From the sequence record MN850645.1: a stretch of 64,000 bases of DNA. One strand, given 5' to 3'. Positions 1 to 9,598 of this stretch are shown piece after piece (position 1 is the stretch's first letter; each line of letters begins with the position of its first letter). The position numbers and the translations under genes are program-made. The notes below the pieces were generated by a model. That model was given only the letters and a program-made list of their open reading frames with translations, was not told the origin of the DNA and searched no databases. Origin of the DNA: Escherichia phage outra.

Positions 1-1
1 T

Positions 2-208
2 ATGATGATACCTGGTTGTACTTCTGGTAGAGGTGTAACGAGTAAAGTATTAGTTGGTGGTGTTGATGCTCGTGAAATTGATCGTGTCAACAGTGATCCT
101 AATTCAGTAAATGGTTTAGGTGGTGTTGGTAGTGTAGATCGACACACGAGAAATATCAAGTATGCCAGAAACTATGGCCCCATTGGTTACTACAGAAGGG
201 ATAAATAA
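2..208 (+). CDS. 3' end of a gene that starts upstream of the window (probably virion-related); partial
   Basis: Open frame from the window edge to TAA at 206-208; the stop overlaps the next ATG (TAATG), indicating coupling with the structural operon. Confidence 0.35.
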   Translation: MMIPGCTSGRGVTSKVLVGGVDAREIDRVNSDPNSVNGLGGVGSVDRHTRNIKYARNYGPIGYYRRDK

Positions 209-696
209 TGAAATGTGAGATCACACGTGGCGATGATATGTCGTTAGATGAATACTTTAGTAAAATGCTGGCTCTAGATAATATAGAAATAGATGCTGGT
301 TTTCTTACTGCTGTTCGCCATCCAGAATCAGATCTCACTATCCCTGCAATTGCTGCCATACAACAGTTTGGTAATGAAACAAACAATACTCCTGCACGTC
401 CGTTTTTAACGGACGGTGCAGTCCACGCCAGTAAAGAAATACCTAAGCATTTTGATGAAGTGTTTAGAAATTATTTACTTCGTGGAAGGGGTTTAGCTGC
501 CTTTGAACCTATTGCAAAAGTTTCACGAGAATCTATTGCTAAAGCGATTGCTCTGCAACGTTATAGACCGCTATCTCCTGTGACTATTAAAATCCGTAGA
601 GATAAAGGTAACTACTCTTCTCATATTCTTATTGATACTGGACACTTAATTAACAGTATTGAATCAGAAATCAAGAAGGGTCGTTCTAAAAAATAA
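208..696 (+). CDS. hypothetical virion morphogenesis protein (head-tail joining region)
   Basis: 162 aa ORF coupled to the upstream gene, located just before neck/sheath genes; no motif recognised. Confidence 0.45.
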   Translation: MKCEITRGDDMSLDEYFSKMLALDNIEIDAGFLTAVRHPESDLTIPAIAAIQQFGNETNNTPARPFLTDGAVHASKEIPKHFDEVFRNYLLRGRGLAAFEPIAKVSRESIAKAIALQRYRPLSPVTIKIRRDKGNYSSHILIDTGHLINSIESEIKKGRSKK

Positions 697-697
697 C

Positions 698-726
698 TTG
701 CAATAAGTCTGTTTTTGATGTATACT
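698..726 (+). promoter_or_regulatory. candidate sigma70-like promoter (TTGCAA-17 nt-TATACT)
   Basis: Hexamers at 698-703 and 721-726, immediately upstream of the RBS of the gene at 741. Confidence 0.4.
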
Positions 727-740
727 AAAAAGGAGATACA

Positions 741-1157
741 ATGCTATTAGACCAATTTACTCTCCTTGATCTAACAACGTATCAGGGTCGTAAAAGAACC
801 TATGTTCAAGATCCTGATTCGCCAATTTCCAATATGGGTAATACAGTAGCATACGAAGACTTTACAATAGAGGCTGCAAGTTTGCAACCAATATCAGGTA
901 GAACACTTCAAGCACTGCCAGAAGGATACAGATCTAAGGCACAATATAGCTTCTGGACAAAAACAGAAATCAGAGGCATCCAGCAAGGATCAGATCAATT
1001 ATCTGACCAAATACTAATAGATGGACAATGGTTTTCCATTTATTCTTTGAAAGACTGGACAAGAACATCTTTCTTAAGACACACACATTGTGTTGCTATT
1101 CTAGATGACCAGAATAACACCTATTCATATTCTGAGGAGGGTGGTAATTTTGGCTAA
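741..1157 (+). CDS. hypothetical structural protein (neck / tail completion candidate)
   Basis: 138 aa ORF with RBS AAAAGGAGA 7 nt before the ATG; position upstream of the sheath gene. Confidence 0.45.
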   Translation: MLLDQFTLLDLTTYQGRKRTYVQDPDSPISNMGNTVAYEDFTIEAASLQPISGRTLQALPEGYRSKAQYSFWTKTEIRGIQQGSDQLSDQILIDGQWFSIYSLKDWTRTSFLRHTHCVAILDDQNNTYSYSEEGGNFG

Positions 1158-1806
1158 TATCTATGAACAAATTGAATTGTATGAAAATACGATATTATTA
1201 AATATCGCTAAGTTCTTACAAAGACTAGTGGGGCTTCCGGTTTATGTTATGGATAAACCATTTGTTAAACCAACAACCCCATATCTGACATTACGTATTG
1301 TATCATCTGATGATTCAGGTGGTTGGTCACAAAAATATTCTTTTAGTGAAGATGCGTTTTCATATCTAATGGACAATAAGTATGAAATAGAACTTATGGC
1401 TTTTAGAGGAAGACCAATGACACTTTTAAGTTATGTTCTTGCGGCACTTCGTGGTGCAGATGAATTAAAATACCAGTATCTTTATTCCAAAGGTATTAGC
1501 TTTCTATCTGCAACAAATGTTGCACAAGCTAACACTGTTCTGGATGGAGATAAAACTGAACAAAGAGCGAGAATATTTCTTACATTCAATACTACGATGG
1601 TTATTGAGGATTTAGTAACTACCGAAATTGAAGCAATTAATATGAACATTCATTCGTTCAGAGATGATTACGATGATCCTACTCCAATAGATCTTCCTTT
1701 GGATAAGATTTACATTGTTGCTCACAGAAGTAAAACTTATTACTTTACGACGACTGATGATGGATCATTAATTAAGTATATCCCAACGGATAATTCATTG
1801 GAATAA
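1150..1806 (+). CDS. hypothetical structural protein (tail completion / sheath-proximal candidate); probable TTG start
   Basis: The ORF track starts at ATG 1105 with no RBS; an in-frame TTG at 1150 sits 9 nt after a strong GAGGAGG (1134-1140). Overlaps the end of the previous gene. Confidence 0.4.
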   Translation: MANIYEQIELYENTILLNIAKFLQRLVGLPVYVMDKPFVKPTTPYLTLRIVSSDDSGGWSQKYSFSEDAFSYLMDNKYEIELMAFRGRPMTLLSYVLAALRGADELKYQYLYSKGISFLSATNVAQANTVLDGDKTEQRARIFLTFNTTMVIEDLVTTEIEAINMNIHSFRDDYDDPTPIDLPLDKIYIVAHRSKTYYFTTTDDGSLIKYIPTDNSLE

Positions 1807-1826
1807 AGTTTCTAACAGGAGCATAA

Positions 1827-3233
1827 ATGGCAACTTTTCGTGATAAGGTAGTTTCCGTAACCCTTACCTACGGTGCTACTTCAATTAGTGAAACACAGTT
1901 TGATATCCCTCTAATTCTTACAGGGCATAACGTTACTGGCAATCTTGTAGATTATTTCACTTCTTCAGACGCACTTCTGCAAGCAGGTTTTGGCACTGCC
2001 GATCCAGCTTATAAAATGGCAAAACTACTATTTGACGGTCTGTTCGCACCAGAACAAGTTATCGTCGGTAAGCGTGATGTTTCTAAAACAACTCTAACTC
2101 CAGTAGTTGAAGATAGTGCAACTTACGTTATCACTATTAAAGCAAATTCAAAAAGCAAGGACTTCAAGTTTGTTGCCGATGATACTGCAACTGCTCAAGA
2201 GATTGTTGTTGGTTTAACAGAAATGATCAACGCAGACGTAGTGTATAAAGAATTTTTCACTGTGTCAAACGATGGTAGTGTTATCACTGTAACCCCAGTT
2301 GCAGGTAAATACGCTACTATGGATAGTTCAGGATTCACAACTAACGTAGAATATGCAAATGATATCTTAGAAGATATTGCTAAAATTGCAGACTATGAAA
2401 ACAGTTGGTTCTGGTTACTATCTGATTCTCACGCAGAACAAGATATTATCGATCTAGCAGGTTATGTAGAAGAGCACGATAAAGTGTATTTCTTCTCTAC
2501 CTCACAACCAGGTGTTCTAACTAAAGAAGAAGATAACATTCTAGAACGCTTAGGTGATATGGGCTACAATAACACTTGTATGGCATTGTGGATGACTAAC
2601 GCTGACACAGTGTTCCCAGAGGCTGCTGTAGTTGGTTCTATCTGCTCTGCAACACCAGGTACTACTACCCTGCATGGTAAAACCCTTGTTGGTATCGAGA
2701 TTGAAAAACTTGGTCAGACAGCAGAAAACTTTATCGTTCAACAGAATGGTAATATTTACCGTAAAGAACACGGTGTTCTGTTCTACCGTGATGGCTTCAT
2801 GGTTAGTGGTTTCTATGTTGACTATGTGGTACACGCTCTGTGGTTCAAAGCTCGCGTAGAAGAATCTCTGTTCGCTCTATTCAAACAGCAATCTATGCTT
2901 GGTAGTGGTGTTAGAGCAACTTCTGCTGGTCTTGCTTTGATTCGTCAAGCTGTTACTGCAAACCCAATCCAAGTAGGTATTAACAATGGTTCTATTGCCA
3001 ATGAGGTAGTAACTTCAGAGGAAACAGGACTTCTGGTAAGCCTTAAACCTACTATCTATATCCCATCTCGTGCAGATATGACTGATGCTCAAATCAATGC
3101 ACGTTTGGTTGATGGTATGGTTATTGAATACGTATATGCTGGATTCTTCCACTATGTTAAAGTGCAGGTAAACGTTCTGACGAACCGCACTGCAAATAGC
3201 CAGAATTCCAATAGCTCTACTGTATCTTCATAA
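1827..3233 (+). CDS. tail sheath protein
   Basis: 468 aa, RBS ACAGGAG; size, composition and position directly upstream of a ~160 aa tube gene are typical of contractile-tail sheath proteins; followed by a hairpin. Confidence 0.8.
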   Translation: MATFRDKVVSVTLTYGATSISETQFDIPLILTGHNVTGNLVDYFTSSDALLQAGFGTADPAYKMAKLLFDGLFAPEQVIVGKRDVSKTTLTPVVEDSATYVITIKANSKSKDFKFVADDTATAQEIVVGLTEMINADVVYKEFFTVSNDGSVITVTPVAGKYATMDSSGFTTNVEYANDILEDIAKIADYENSWFWLLSDSHAEQDIIDLAGYVEEHDKVYFFSTSQPGVLTKEEDNILERLGDMGYNNTCMALWMTNADTVFPEAAVVGSICSATPGTTTLHGKTLVGIEIEKLGQTAENFIVQQNGNIYRKEHGVLFYRDGFMVSGFYVDYVVHALWFKARVEESLFALFKQQSMLGSGVRATSAGLALIRQAVTANPIQVGINNGSIANEVVTSEETGLLVSLKPTIYIPSRADMTDAQINARLVDGMVIEYVYAGFFHYVKVQVNVLTNRTANSQNSNSSTVSS

Positions 3234-3241
3234 TTAAAAGC

Positions 3242-3259
3242 AGCGGGGGAAACCCCGCT
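3242..3259 (+). terminator. GC hairpin after the sheath gene (AGCGGGG-GAAA-CCCCGCT); weak terminator or attenuator
   Basis: 7 bp stem with GAAA loop 9 nt after the sheath stop; poor T-tract, so likely partial termination. Confidence 0.45.
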
Positions 3260-3291
3260 TATATGAAAAGTAGTATAAAAGGAGATCCACT

Positions 3292-3771
3292 TTGGATAAA
3301 ATGCTTACTGGCGTAATGGCCTATGATCCTTCTCAAGTAATCCTGTCTTTGGGTGGTTGGGAACCTTGGGGTTTCGCCGCAGATACCAAAATTGTTATTA
3401 ACAAAACTAACGATATCATCAACCCATATTCAGGTACTGATGGTGACGTTTCCTTGGCTCTTAGTCGTAACCGTTTAGGTACGCTAACAATGTCACTGCA
3501 ACGTACTTCCCCAGCAAACGAAGTTCTTGCTGCTTATGCACAAACGATGTATTCTACTCGTCAAGTAGCATTTAGCGTATATCTAGAAGACCCTCGCGGA
3601 TATTATATCAGCACAATTGGTTGGATTCAAAGCCAACCGGACGACACTATTGGTGAAACTATTCAAGAAAACCAATGGGTAATTGGTCTTAAAGATGCAA
3701 GCCTACTTCGTTCTACTGTAGGTGTTGGTGTTAACGCACTTAACTCTATTAGTGCTCTAACTATTCAGTAA
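3292..3771 (+). CDS. tail tube protein
   Basis: 159 aa ORF immediately after the sheath gene; TTG start 7 nt after AAAAGGAGA; followed by a strong rho-independent terminator. Confidence 0.65.
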   Translation: MDKMLTGVMAYDPSQVILSLGGWEPWGFAADTKIVINKTNDIINPYSGTDGDVSLALSRNRLGTLTMSLQRTSPANEVLAAYAQTMYSTRQVAFSVYLEDPRGYYISTIGWIQSQPDDTIGETIQENQWVIGLKDASLLRSTVGVGVNALNSISALTIQ

Positions 3772-3774
3772 TAA

Positions 3775-3800
3775 AAAGGGCAGAAATGCCCTTTATTTTT
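3775..3800 (+). terminator. rho-independent terminator after the tail tube gene
   Basis: 8 bp stem AAAGGGCA-GAAA-TGCCCTTT followed by ATTTTT. Confidence 0.7.
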
Positions 3801-3814
3801 AAAGAGAGGAAATA

Positions 3815-4297
3815 ATGGAACAACAAAAAGATAATACTATTGCAAAATTTGCTCGTCCAGAAGTAATGGTTGAAATTGATCTGGATGAAGGACGCAGTGT
3901 AAAATTTAGAGTTCTCAAGTGGAGTCCAACTAAAGTTTTTGAAAGGATTCCAGAACTAGGTAGTGTACTAGCTGTTCCTATGACAATGTATAATACTGCT
4001 CTTATGTCAGCAGATGAAGATCTAGAAGCTCGTATTGCTATGGCGCTGATCCAGTTATTCAGTGGTCTGGAAGAAAAAAACTTAGCCGCATTCTTACGTA
4101 AAATTTTAGATGAAGTTTACACAGAAGCAGGTCATAGTGTTTCCGATAATTTTGATGAATTGTTTTTTGCTCACCCAGAATTAGTTGTTGATTTAGCTGC
4201 AAAAGTTCTTGAGGTGAACTATGCCCCTTTTTTCAAACGAGGTTTCGGAAAACTGTTGACCCAATTTCAAGGAATAGAGACTCTAGCGAAGAGTTAA
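3815..4297 (+). CDS. tail assembly chaperone (G-like, short product)
   Basis: 160 aa acidic protein between the tube and tape measure genes; RBS AGAGAGG; contains the slippery heptamer T_TTT_TTC at 4228-4234. Confidence 0.6.
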   Translation: MEQQKDNTIAKFARPEVMVEIDLDEGRSVKFRVLKWSPTKVFERIPELGSVLAVPMTMYNTALMSADEDLEARIAMALIQLFSGLEEKNLAAFLRKILDEVYTEAGHSVSDNFDELFFAHPELVVDLAAKVLEVNYAPFFKRGFGKLLTQFQGIETLAKS

Positions 4298-4572
4298 GTC
4301 CGGCAATTAAATCAGCAATTGAAATTGCCTCACAAACCCTTAGCTTGACATGGTATGAAGTAATTCTTTGTAAGGTAGTTAAGAATACCTCCGAAACCTT
4401 GTCCTCGTTAGATAATTACGGTGTAGATTATCTACTTAAAATTTATGAATATTTAACATTTGAAGACTATGTACAAGATCTTCACGTTAAAGATGCGGAT
4501 ATTAAACGTGGTCAACAGAGAACAATAAGAGAACTGGATACGGCTATGAAAAAATTAATTCCAGATTCATAA
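3815..4572 (+). CDS. tail assembly chaperone, predicted -1 frameshift fusion product (GT-like)
   Basis: The -1 frame is open from 4213 to 4572 and overlaps the end of the 0-frame ORF; slippery TTTTTTC at 4228-4234 lies in the overlap; conserved G/GT arrangement upstream of tape measure genes. Confidence 0.5.
4228..4234 (+). promoter_or_regulatory. putative -1 programmed ribosomal frameshift slippery site (T TTT TTC)
   Basis: X_XXY_YYZ heptamer in the 0 frame of the chaperone ORF, inside the window where the -1 frame is open. Confidence 0.5.
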
Positions 4573-4591
4573 GTAATACGGAGGATTACCC

Positions 4592-6571
4592 TTGTTAGAA
4601 ATTAACACTTCCAAGATTAAGAATACAGTAACGTTTACTGTAGATAAAGACAGTTTAAAAAATACTAAAGACGCAATTAAAAACCTTAAAACTTTTACAG
4701 AATCTATTGAACCATCTTTAAATATGACTAAAATGCGTCGTCAGTTTAAAAGTATGGAAGAGTATGCTAAAAGAATAAGGCAGCAAATGTCAGGTCTTGG
4801 CGGCGGTAATCCTCCACCAATCCCACCAACCGGAGGTTCAAGTGGTGGTGGAAAAGGAGGAAGTGGCAGAGGTGGTTCTGGATCTTCTGGAGGACGTAAG
4901 ACACCGGAGGAAAGAGCCGCAGAAGCCGCCGCTAAACGTGCAGCACTTGCTAATATGAAGCAAGACGATTTTAGTTTTAAAGCTATGCCTTTTACAAAAG
5001 CAGACAGTAGAATTCTAGAAAAATCTAAAAAGATTGTAGAAGAAACTGTTGAACTTTATCGTAAAGGCGTGATTACTAGCCAACAAATGAACAATACTTT
5101 GGCTAGACAGTTAGAAGAACTACGCAGATCTCATAGAGAGAAGAATGCACAACTTCTTGATGAAGAGAGAGCTAGACGTAGAATTGCCCGTCTGCAAGAA
5201 GCAGAAGATAAAAGAAGACAGCGTGTTCGAGAAAGAGAAAGAAAGGAGTTCGAACGTCAGCAAAGGAGGGAAAAAGAAGCAAGACAGCGAGATAGACAAC
5301 GTAAGTTATCTGGTGTAGGTAATGCTGCTATTGCTCTTAACCCTGCTATGTTTGGTGCTGCTCTTTTAGGTGCTGGTTTATATCAAGGCATAAGCAAAAT
5401 AGCTGAAAGCATCACAACTGCGGCAGAACGTATTAATATGGTTAGTAAAGGTGGTCAGAACGTACAGGTAAACCCTAATGCAATTTTAACAATGCGTACT
5501 TGGGGTGAGATGAACGGTGTAGACTCTGCCAGCATTATTAAAGCCATTGACAATATTAAAGACGTTCGTGAACGTTTAGGTAATACTGTACTCCACTCTG
5601 AATTTGATGAAAAATCAGGTAAATGGAAAGGTGGAGATAGTGGTATTAATGAAATCATGAACCAATTTGGTTGGTCGAAAGAAGATGTTGCTAAATTCCA
5701 GAACAGACCTTTAGACTTTGTTCAAGCACTTGTTAATGAAGGTCAAAAAAGAGGAATGAACTCCGCGCAAATTGGTCGTTTGATGGAAAACCTTGGTGAT
5801 GACTTAATGCACTACCAACGTATGTTTTTGGATAACGGTAAAGAGTACATGAAAGTCTTGGATATGTTAAAAAATTCAGGAGCCACTCTTAACGATGAAA
5901 ACATCAAAGCAGCACAAGATTTTGTTAAGCTAAGAGCACAAATTAGTGCAGCAGGAGAAGGTTTTACCAATAACTTACTTATAGGATTTATGGATGGTTT
6001 AAAATCTGCACCAGATTTTGCAGAGAATATGAAAACTTTCCAAGAAGCTGCTCGTGGTCTTGGTGAAATGTCTGGTAGTATTGTAAGTAGCCTTGCAAAA
6101 ATTGCGAAATATTTCCTTGATTTTTCAAATAAGGTTGGGCCAAAAAACAATACTAAAGAAGCTGTAAGAGATTATTATAATGGTACGCAGTATGGGTACG
6201 ATGCACAGGTTGGTGGTAATCCTTGGGCTTATTGGCCTATTGGAAGAGATCAACATCTGCCTGAAAATCAACCTTTAGGTAACTTTGATAGTAGTTTCTT
6301 AACTAGTGCCTTAAATCCAAGTGCTTCTAGTATTGGTTACAATAGACCTGATTTAACAGCATCTATGCTAACACCACGCCAAGGTGTTCCAGTACCGTTA
6401 AGTGTAGAGAATACGGTTGTTATCCCAGACAACGCATTCCAGATTAATGTTATTCCAGATGGCTATGGTTTTAGTAATTATCTAGATGCGACAATGAATA
6501 CCAGTTTTAGTAACTTCTCACAAGGTTTAACTCTTCAGTTAAGCAGTGGACAATCTTCTACTGGTGGTTAA
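4592..6571 (+). CDS. tail tape measure protein
   Basis: 659 aa; TTG start 6 nt after GGAGGA; Gly/Ser-rich low-complexity segment, long Arg/Glu-rich coiled coil, hydrophobic central segment; located after the chaperone frameshift pair. Confidence 0.7.
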   Translation: MLEINTSKIKNTVTFTVDKDSLKNTKDAIKNLKTFTESIEPSLNMTKMRRQFKSMEEYAKRIRQQMSGLGGGNPPPIPPTGGSSGGGKGGSGRGGSGSSGGRKTPEERAAEAAAKRAALANMKQDDFSFKAMPFTKADSRILEKSKKIVEETVELYRKGVITSQQMNNTLARQLEELRRSHREKNAQLLDEERARRRIARLQEAEDKRRQRVRERERKEFERQQRREKEARQRDRQRKLSGVGNAAIALNPAMFGAALLGAGLYQGISKIAESITTAAERINMVSKGGQNVQVNPNAILTMRTWGEMNGVDSASIIKAIDNIKDVRERLGNTVLHSEFDEKSGKWKGGDSGINEIMNQFGWSKEDVAKFQNRPLDFVQALVNEGQKRGMNSAQIGRLMENLGDDLMHYQRMFLDNGKEYMKVLDMLKNSGATLNDENIKAAQDFVKLRAQISAAGEGFTNNLLIGFMDGLKSAPDFAENMKTFQEAARGLGEMSGSIVSSLAKIAKYFLDFSNKVGPKNNTKEAVRDYYNGTQYGYDAQVGGNPWAYWPIGRDQHLPENQPLGNFDSSFLTSALNPSASSIGYNRPDLTASMLTPRQGVPVPLSVENTVVIPDNAFQINVIPDGYGFSNYLDATMNTSFSNFSQGLTLQLSSGQSSTGG

Positions 6572-6576
6572 TGCAT

Positions 6577-6606
6577 AAAGCCTCGCTTCGGCGGGGCTTT
6601 TTATTT
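6577..6606 (+). terminator. rho-independent terminator after the tape measure gene
   Basis: 10 bp stem (one G-U pair) AAAGCCTCGC-TTCG-GCGGGGCTTT followed by TTTTTATTT. Confidence 0.7.
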
Positions 6607-6609
6607 GTC

Positions 6610-6639
6610 TTGACAAAGAGTTGTTTTTCGTGATAAAAT
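6610..6639 (+). promoter_or_regulatory. sigma70-like promoter with extended -10 (TTGACA-18 nt-TGaTAAAAT)
   Basis: Perfect -35 TTGACA at 6610-6615; TGa plus TAAAAT at 6631-6639; about 45 nt upstream of the gene at 6687. Confidence 0.6.
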
Positions 6640-6686
6640 GAGTGATAAGGGAGAATGTTTCTTATCACATTAAGAGGTAAAATTAT

Positions 6687-7397
6687 ATGGCAGCAAACAC
6701 TCCAGAACAACACGTTCAAGCGGTTTATAAAGCGGAACAAGATATAAATTCTACAAAAAACACAAATAACTCTGCCTCTACTGTGAAAGGGGAGAATGGT
6801 TTTTGTATTTTAGCAAGTGTTTACAATAGTGCAAGTGATCAATATATTCAAAACTACCAAGCTATAGTTTTTGATGCTGTTCCAAATATCGGTGTAAAAC
6901 GTCAAGCAGATGTTACTAGCTATCCTGTAGAAAATGGTGCTAATGTATCGGATCACGTTCAAGTTAAGAATAATACTTTCTCTTTATCAGGAATGATTAC
7001 AGAGACACCTGTAAGATTGATGCGAGATATGCTATATAGTGCTGGTGTTAACGGTACTCGTATCAGTCAAGCAATTACTTATTTAGATAAAATATTTGAT
7101 GAAAGACAGCCTATCATCTTAATAACAGAACATAAAGTTTATGAGAATGTTATTTTGAAAGGTATTTCTTATGAATATCAAACAGAATATGCAATGCAAT
7201 TTGACTTGGAATTTGAACAAGTAAGATTAGTTTCTTACGGGGAAACAAATGCTATTGCACTTAAGACAAAACCAAATAAGAATACAGGTGTTAAAAACAA
7301 GAAAGGTACTAGTCCAGATGCTGATTTGGATGCAAGAACAGGGAAAGCAACTGGTACAGAACATCTTAGTGATCACAGTGCAGATGGTAAAAAATAA
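6687..7397 (+). CDS. hypothetical tail/baseplate protein (first gene after tape measure)
   Basis: 236 aa; RBS AAGAGG; preceded by a terminator and a sigma70-like promoter (6610-6639). Confidence 0.4.
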   Translation: MAANTPEQHVQAVYKAEQDINSTKNTNNSASTVKGENGFCILASVYNSASDQYIQNYQAIVFDAVPNIGVKRQADVTSYPVENGANVSDHVQVKNNTFSLSGMITETPVRLMRDMLYSAGVNGTRISQAITYLDKIFDERQPIILITEHKVYENVILKGISYEYQTEYAMQFDLEFEQVRLVSYGETNAIALKTKPNKNTGVKNKKGTSPDADLDARTGKATGTEHLSDHSADGKK

Positions 7398-7408
7398 GGA
7401 GAAAATTT

Positions 7409-7828
7409 TTGGCTATTTCATCTTATTCAAAGATCAGTAGAAGCACATCTAATAGTGGCTACAATGCAGTATTTATTGATCGAAATTTAGGTTATTATTC
7501 TTGGTACTTACCTACAGAACAGTACCCAGACCAAACATATACAGTAACTCTCGATGGAGTAGATTATGATATACGTTTGAGATGGAATACAAGAGATCAA
7601 GCGTGGCAAATGCAATTAGGGTTATCAGGAGACAACCCTAGTGTAACTTTTAAAGTAACCAATGGTTTAGATCTTCTAGAACCATATAAGTATATAGAAT
7701 CTGTGCCGGATGGTCAACTTTATTTGGTAGATACTGTTAAAATAAATGGTAGACCTAATTACTATGACACAGGTGTAGATAAAAGATTTGCTTTGGTTTA
7801 TATCGACGCTCTTCCATATCAAGCATGA
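7409..7828 (+). CDS. hypothetical baseplate protein
   Basis: 139 aa; TTG start 6 nt after AAGGAGAAA; within the baseplate gene run. Confidence 0.4.
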   Translation: MAISSYSKISRSTSNSGYNAVFIDRNLGYYSWYLPTEQYPDQTYTVTLDGVDYDIRLRWNTRDQAWQMQLGLSGDNPSVTFKVTNGLDLLEPYKYIESVPDGQLYLVDTVKINGRPNYYDTGVDKRFALVYIDALPYQA

Positions 7829-7844
7829 TAAAAGGAGTTTTTAA

Positions 7845-8855
7845 ATGGCAGAAGAAAGAAATTACACAAAAGCTCCTGCACCCAATCTAAACAGAGCATA
7901 CAAACTGTTAATAGGTACAGCTACTAATACTAAAGAAAAAAGGACAAAAAATTCCTCTTTCAAATCTACAGTAGACTTAGATACTAAACTAGGGGATGCT
8001 AAAAAATCAACCCCTAATTTGTATGTTATTACGGAGCACCAAATATCTTTCACAATAAGAAAAGATAATAATAAAGATCCTAATCAAGCCGAGATAACTA
8101 TTTATAACCTAAGTGATGATACTGTTAATTATATTAACAAAGGTATTCGTAACAACTTGGCTGTTGCTTTGGCAGTAGGTTATGAAGGTCAAGAGTTAAT
8201 TATGATCTTTAAGGGAACGGTGCAATGGGTGAGTGATACTTTTAACAATACAGACAGACGTACAGTGTTACATTGTCTGGATGGTGGTATTAACATCTCC
8301 GAAGCAAGGACAAGCAGAAGTTATCCGAAAGGTACAAAAGTAAGTAAGGTTGTTAAAGATTTAGTTAAAGATTTAGGTACTACAGAAGGTAATATTCACG
8401 TAGACACAGAGAAAACTTTATCATCTGCAACAGCTATGTGTGGTAACACATCACATTACTTAGAAAGTATCTGTAAAGGTATTGATCATAATGTGTCAAT
8501 ACAAGATGGATCTGTTTACGTAACACCAAGATCACAAATGTCTAGTGCAAGATGCGCATATATTAGTGCAGAAACAGGTTTAATTGGTAGTCCAGAACCT
8601 TTCCACAACGATATTAAACCGACACAAAAAGTAACTAAATCTTCTAAGAAAGCTAAAAAGCCTACTGATGGTGTTAAGTTCAGATGTGAAATGAACGGTG
8701 CTATCTTACCAGAAAAAACTGTTTGGCTCAAGAGTCATAACTATGATGGTGGTTTTAAGGTGGTGTCTGTTGTTCATACAGGAGATAGGGAAGGTAAAGA
8801 CTGGACAACTGAAGTAGAGTCTGTATCTGTATCTGCAATTATTAAGAAGGGCTAG
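7845..8855 (+). CDS. baseplate hub protein candidate (gpD / Mu gp44-like position)
   Basis: 336 aa; RBS AAAAGGAG; lies immediately upstream of the spike gene as in Mu/P2-type baseplate operons; assignment by gene order only. Confidence 0.45.
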   Translation: MAEERNYTKAPAPNLNRAYKLLIGTATNTKEKRTKNSSFKSTVDLDTKLGDAKKSTPNLYVITEHQISFTIRKDNNKDPNQAEITIYNLSDDTVNYINKGIRNNLAVALAVGYEGQELIMIFKGTVQWVSDTFNNTDRRTVLHCLDGGINISEARTSRSYPKGTKVSKVVKDLVKDLGTTEGNIHVDTEKTLSSATAMCGNTSHYLESICKGIDHNVSIQDGSVYVTPRSQMSSARCAYISAETGLIGSPEPFHNDIKPTQKVTKSSKKAKKPTDGVKFRCEMNGAILPEKTVWLKSHNYDGGFKVVSVVHTGDREGKDWTTEVESVSVSAIIKKG

Positions 8856-8857
8856 AA

Positions 8858-9595
8858 ATGGATGCTTTAAATTTTGTAACAGCAATCCGTGGATTAATCA
8901 ACGAACAAGTTGCGGAAGTACATACATCTTTACCTGTAAGGGTAATTGGTGTAGATTATGGATCTAAGACAGTAACTTTAGAATCTATCGTAAAAAATAC
9001 CAGATCTACTGAAGATGAAATAGATTACCCAACATTCCACGATGTTCCTTTTATGGTAAATGGTGGTGGTACAGGTAGAATTTCATTTCCAATTAAAGCA
9101 GGAGATATTGGTGTTGTTGTCTTTTCAGAAAGAGATCCGTCGAATGCTTTCCAGACAGACGGAGATACAGCCAGCAGCGGAACATTAATTCAACCTTGTG
9201 GTTTGTATCCAGCCTGTTTTATTCCTAAGATAGCAACAGCTACAGATTCTTCTGAAGAAGTAGACTCTGAAAAAGTTGTTATCTCAAATAATAAGCAAAC
9301 TTACGCTTCGTTTGATCCTAACGGTAATATATCTGTGTACAACACACAAGGTATGAAAATAGATATGACACCAAACAGTATCGTTCTTACTGATGCAGGA
9401 GGAGGAAAACTTACACTGCAAGGTGGGACTATGACATATAAAGGTGGTACTGTAAATTTAAACGGTTTAACAATCACACCTGACGGTCGTATGAAAGATA
9501 GTGGTGGCATTGGTTTACACACACATACACACCCTGTACGCGGTGTTGAAACTGGTGGTAGCACTGTTACTTCCGACAAACCAAATGGAGGTTAA
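8858..9595 (+). CDS. baseplate central spike protein (gpV / gp5-like)
   Basis: 245 aa; Gly-rich beta-repeat C-terminal half ending in GLHTHTHPV, an HxH metal-binding apex motif known from phage spike tips. Confidence 0.6.
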   Translation: MDALNFVTAIRGLINEQVAEVHTSLPVRVIGVDYGSKTVTLESIVKNTRSTEDEIDYPTFHDVPFMVNGGGTGRISFPIKAGDIGVVVFSERDPSNAFQTDGDTASSGTLIQPCGLYPACFIPKIATATDSSEEVDSEKVVISNNKQTYASFDPNGNISVYNTQGMKIDMTPNSIVLTDAGGGKLTLQGGTMTYKGGTVNLNGLTITPDGRMKDSGGIGLHTHTHPVRGVETGGSTVTSDKPNGG

Positions 9596-9598
9596 CAG

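Noticed and set aside
156-386. Minus-strand ORFs embedded opposite structural genes (for example 156-386, 2550-2834, 5812-6150, 12004-12327, 23910-24206)
   Set aside because: All lie antisense within long, well-supported plus-strand genes, lack an RBS, and have biased low-complexity translations.
7249-7440. Overlapping plus-strand 63 aa ORF at the end of the post-tape-measure gene
   Set aside because: It is out of frame within the 3' end of gene 6687-7397 with no RBS; the downstream gene has its own TTG start with a strong RBS at 7409.
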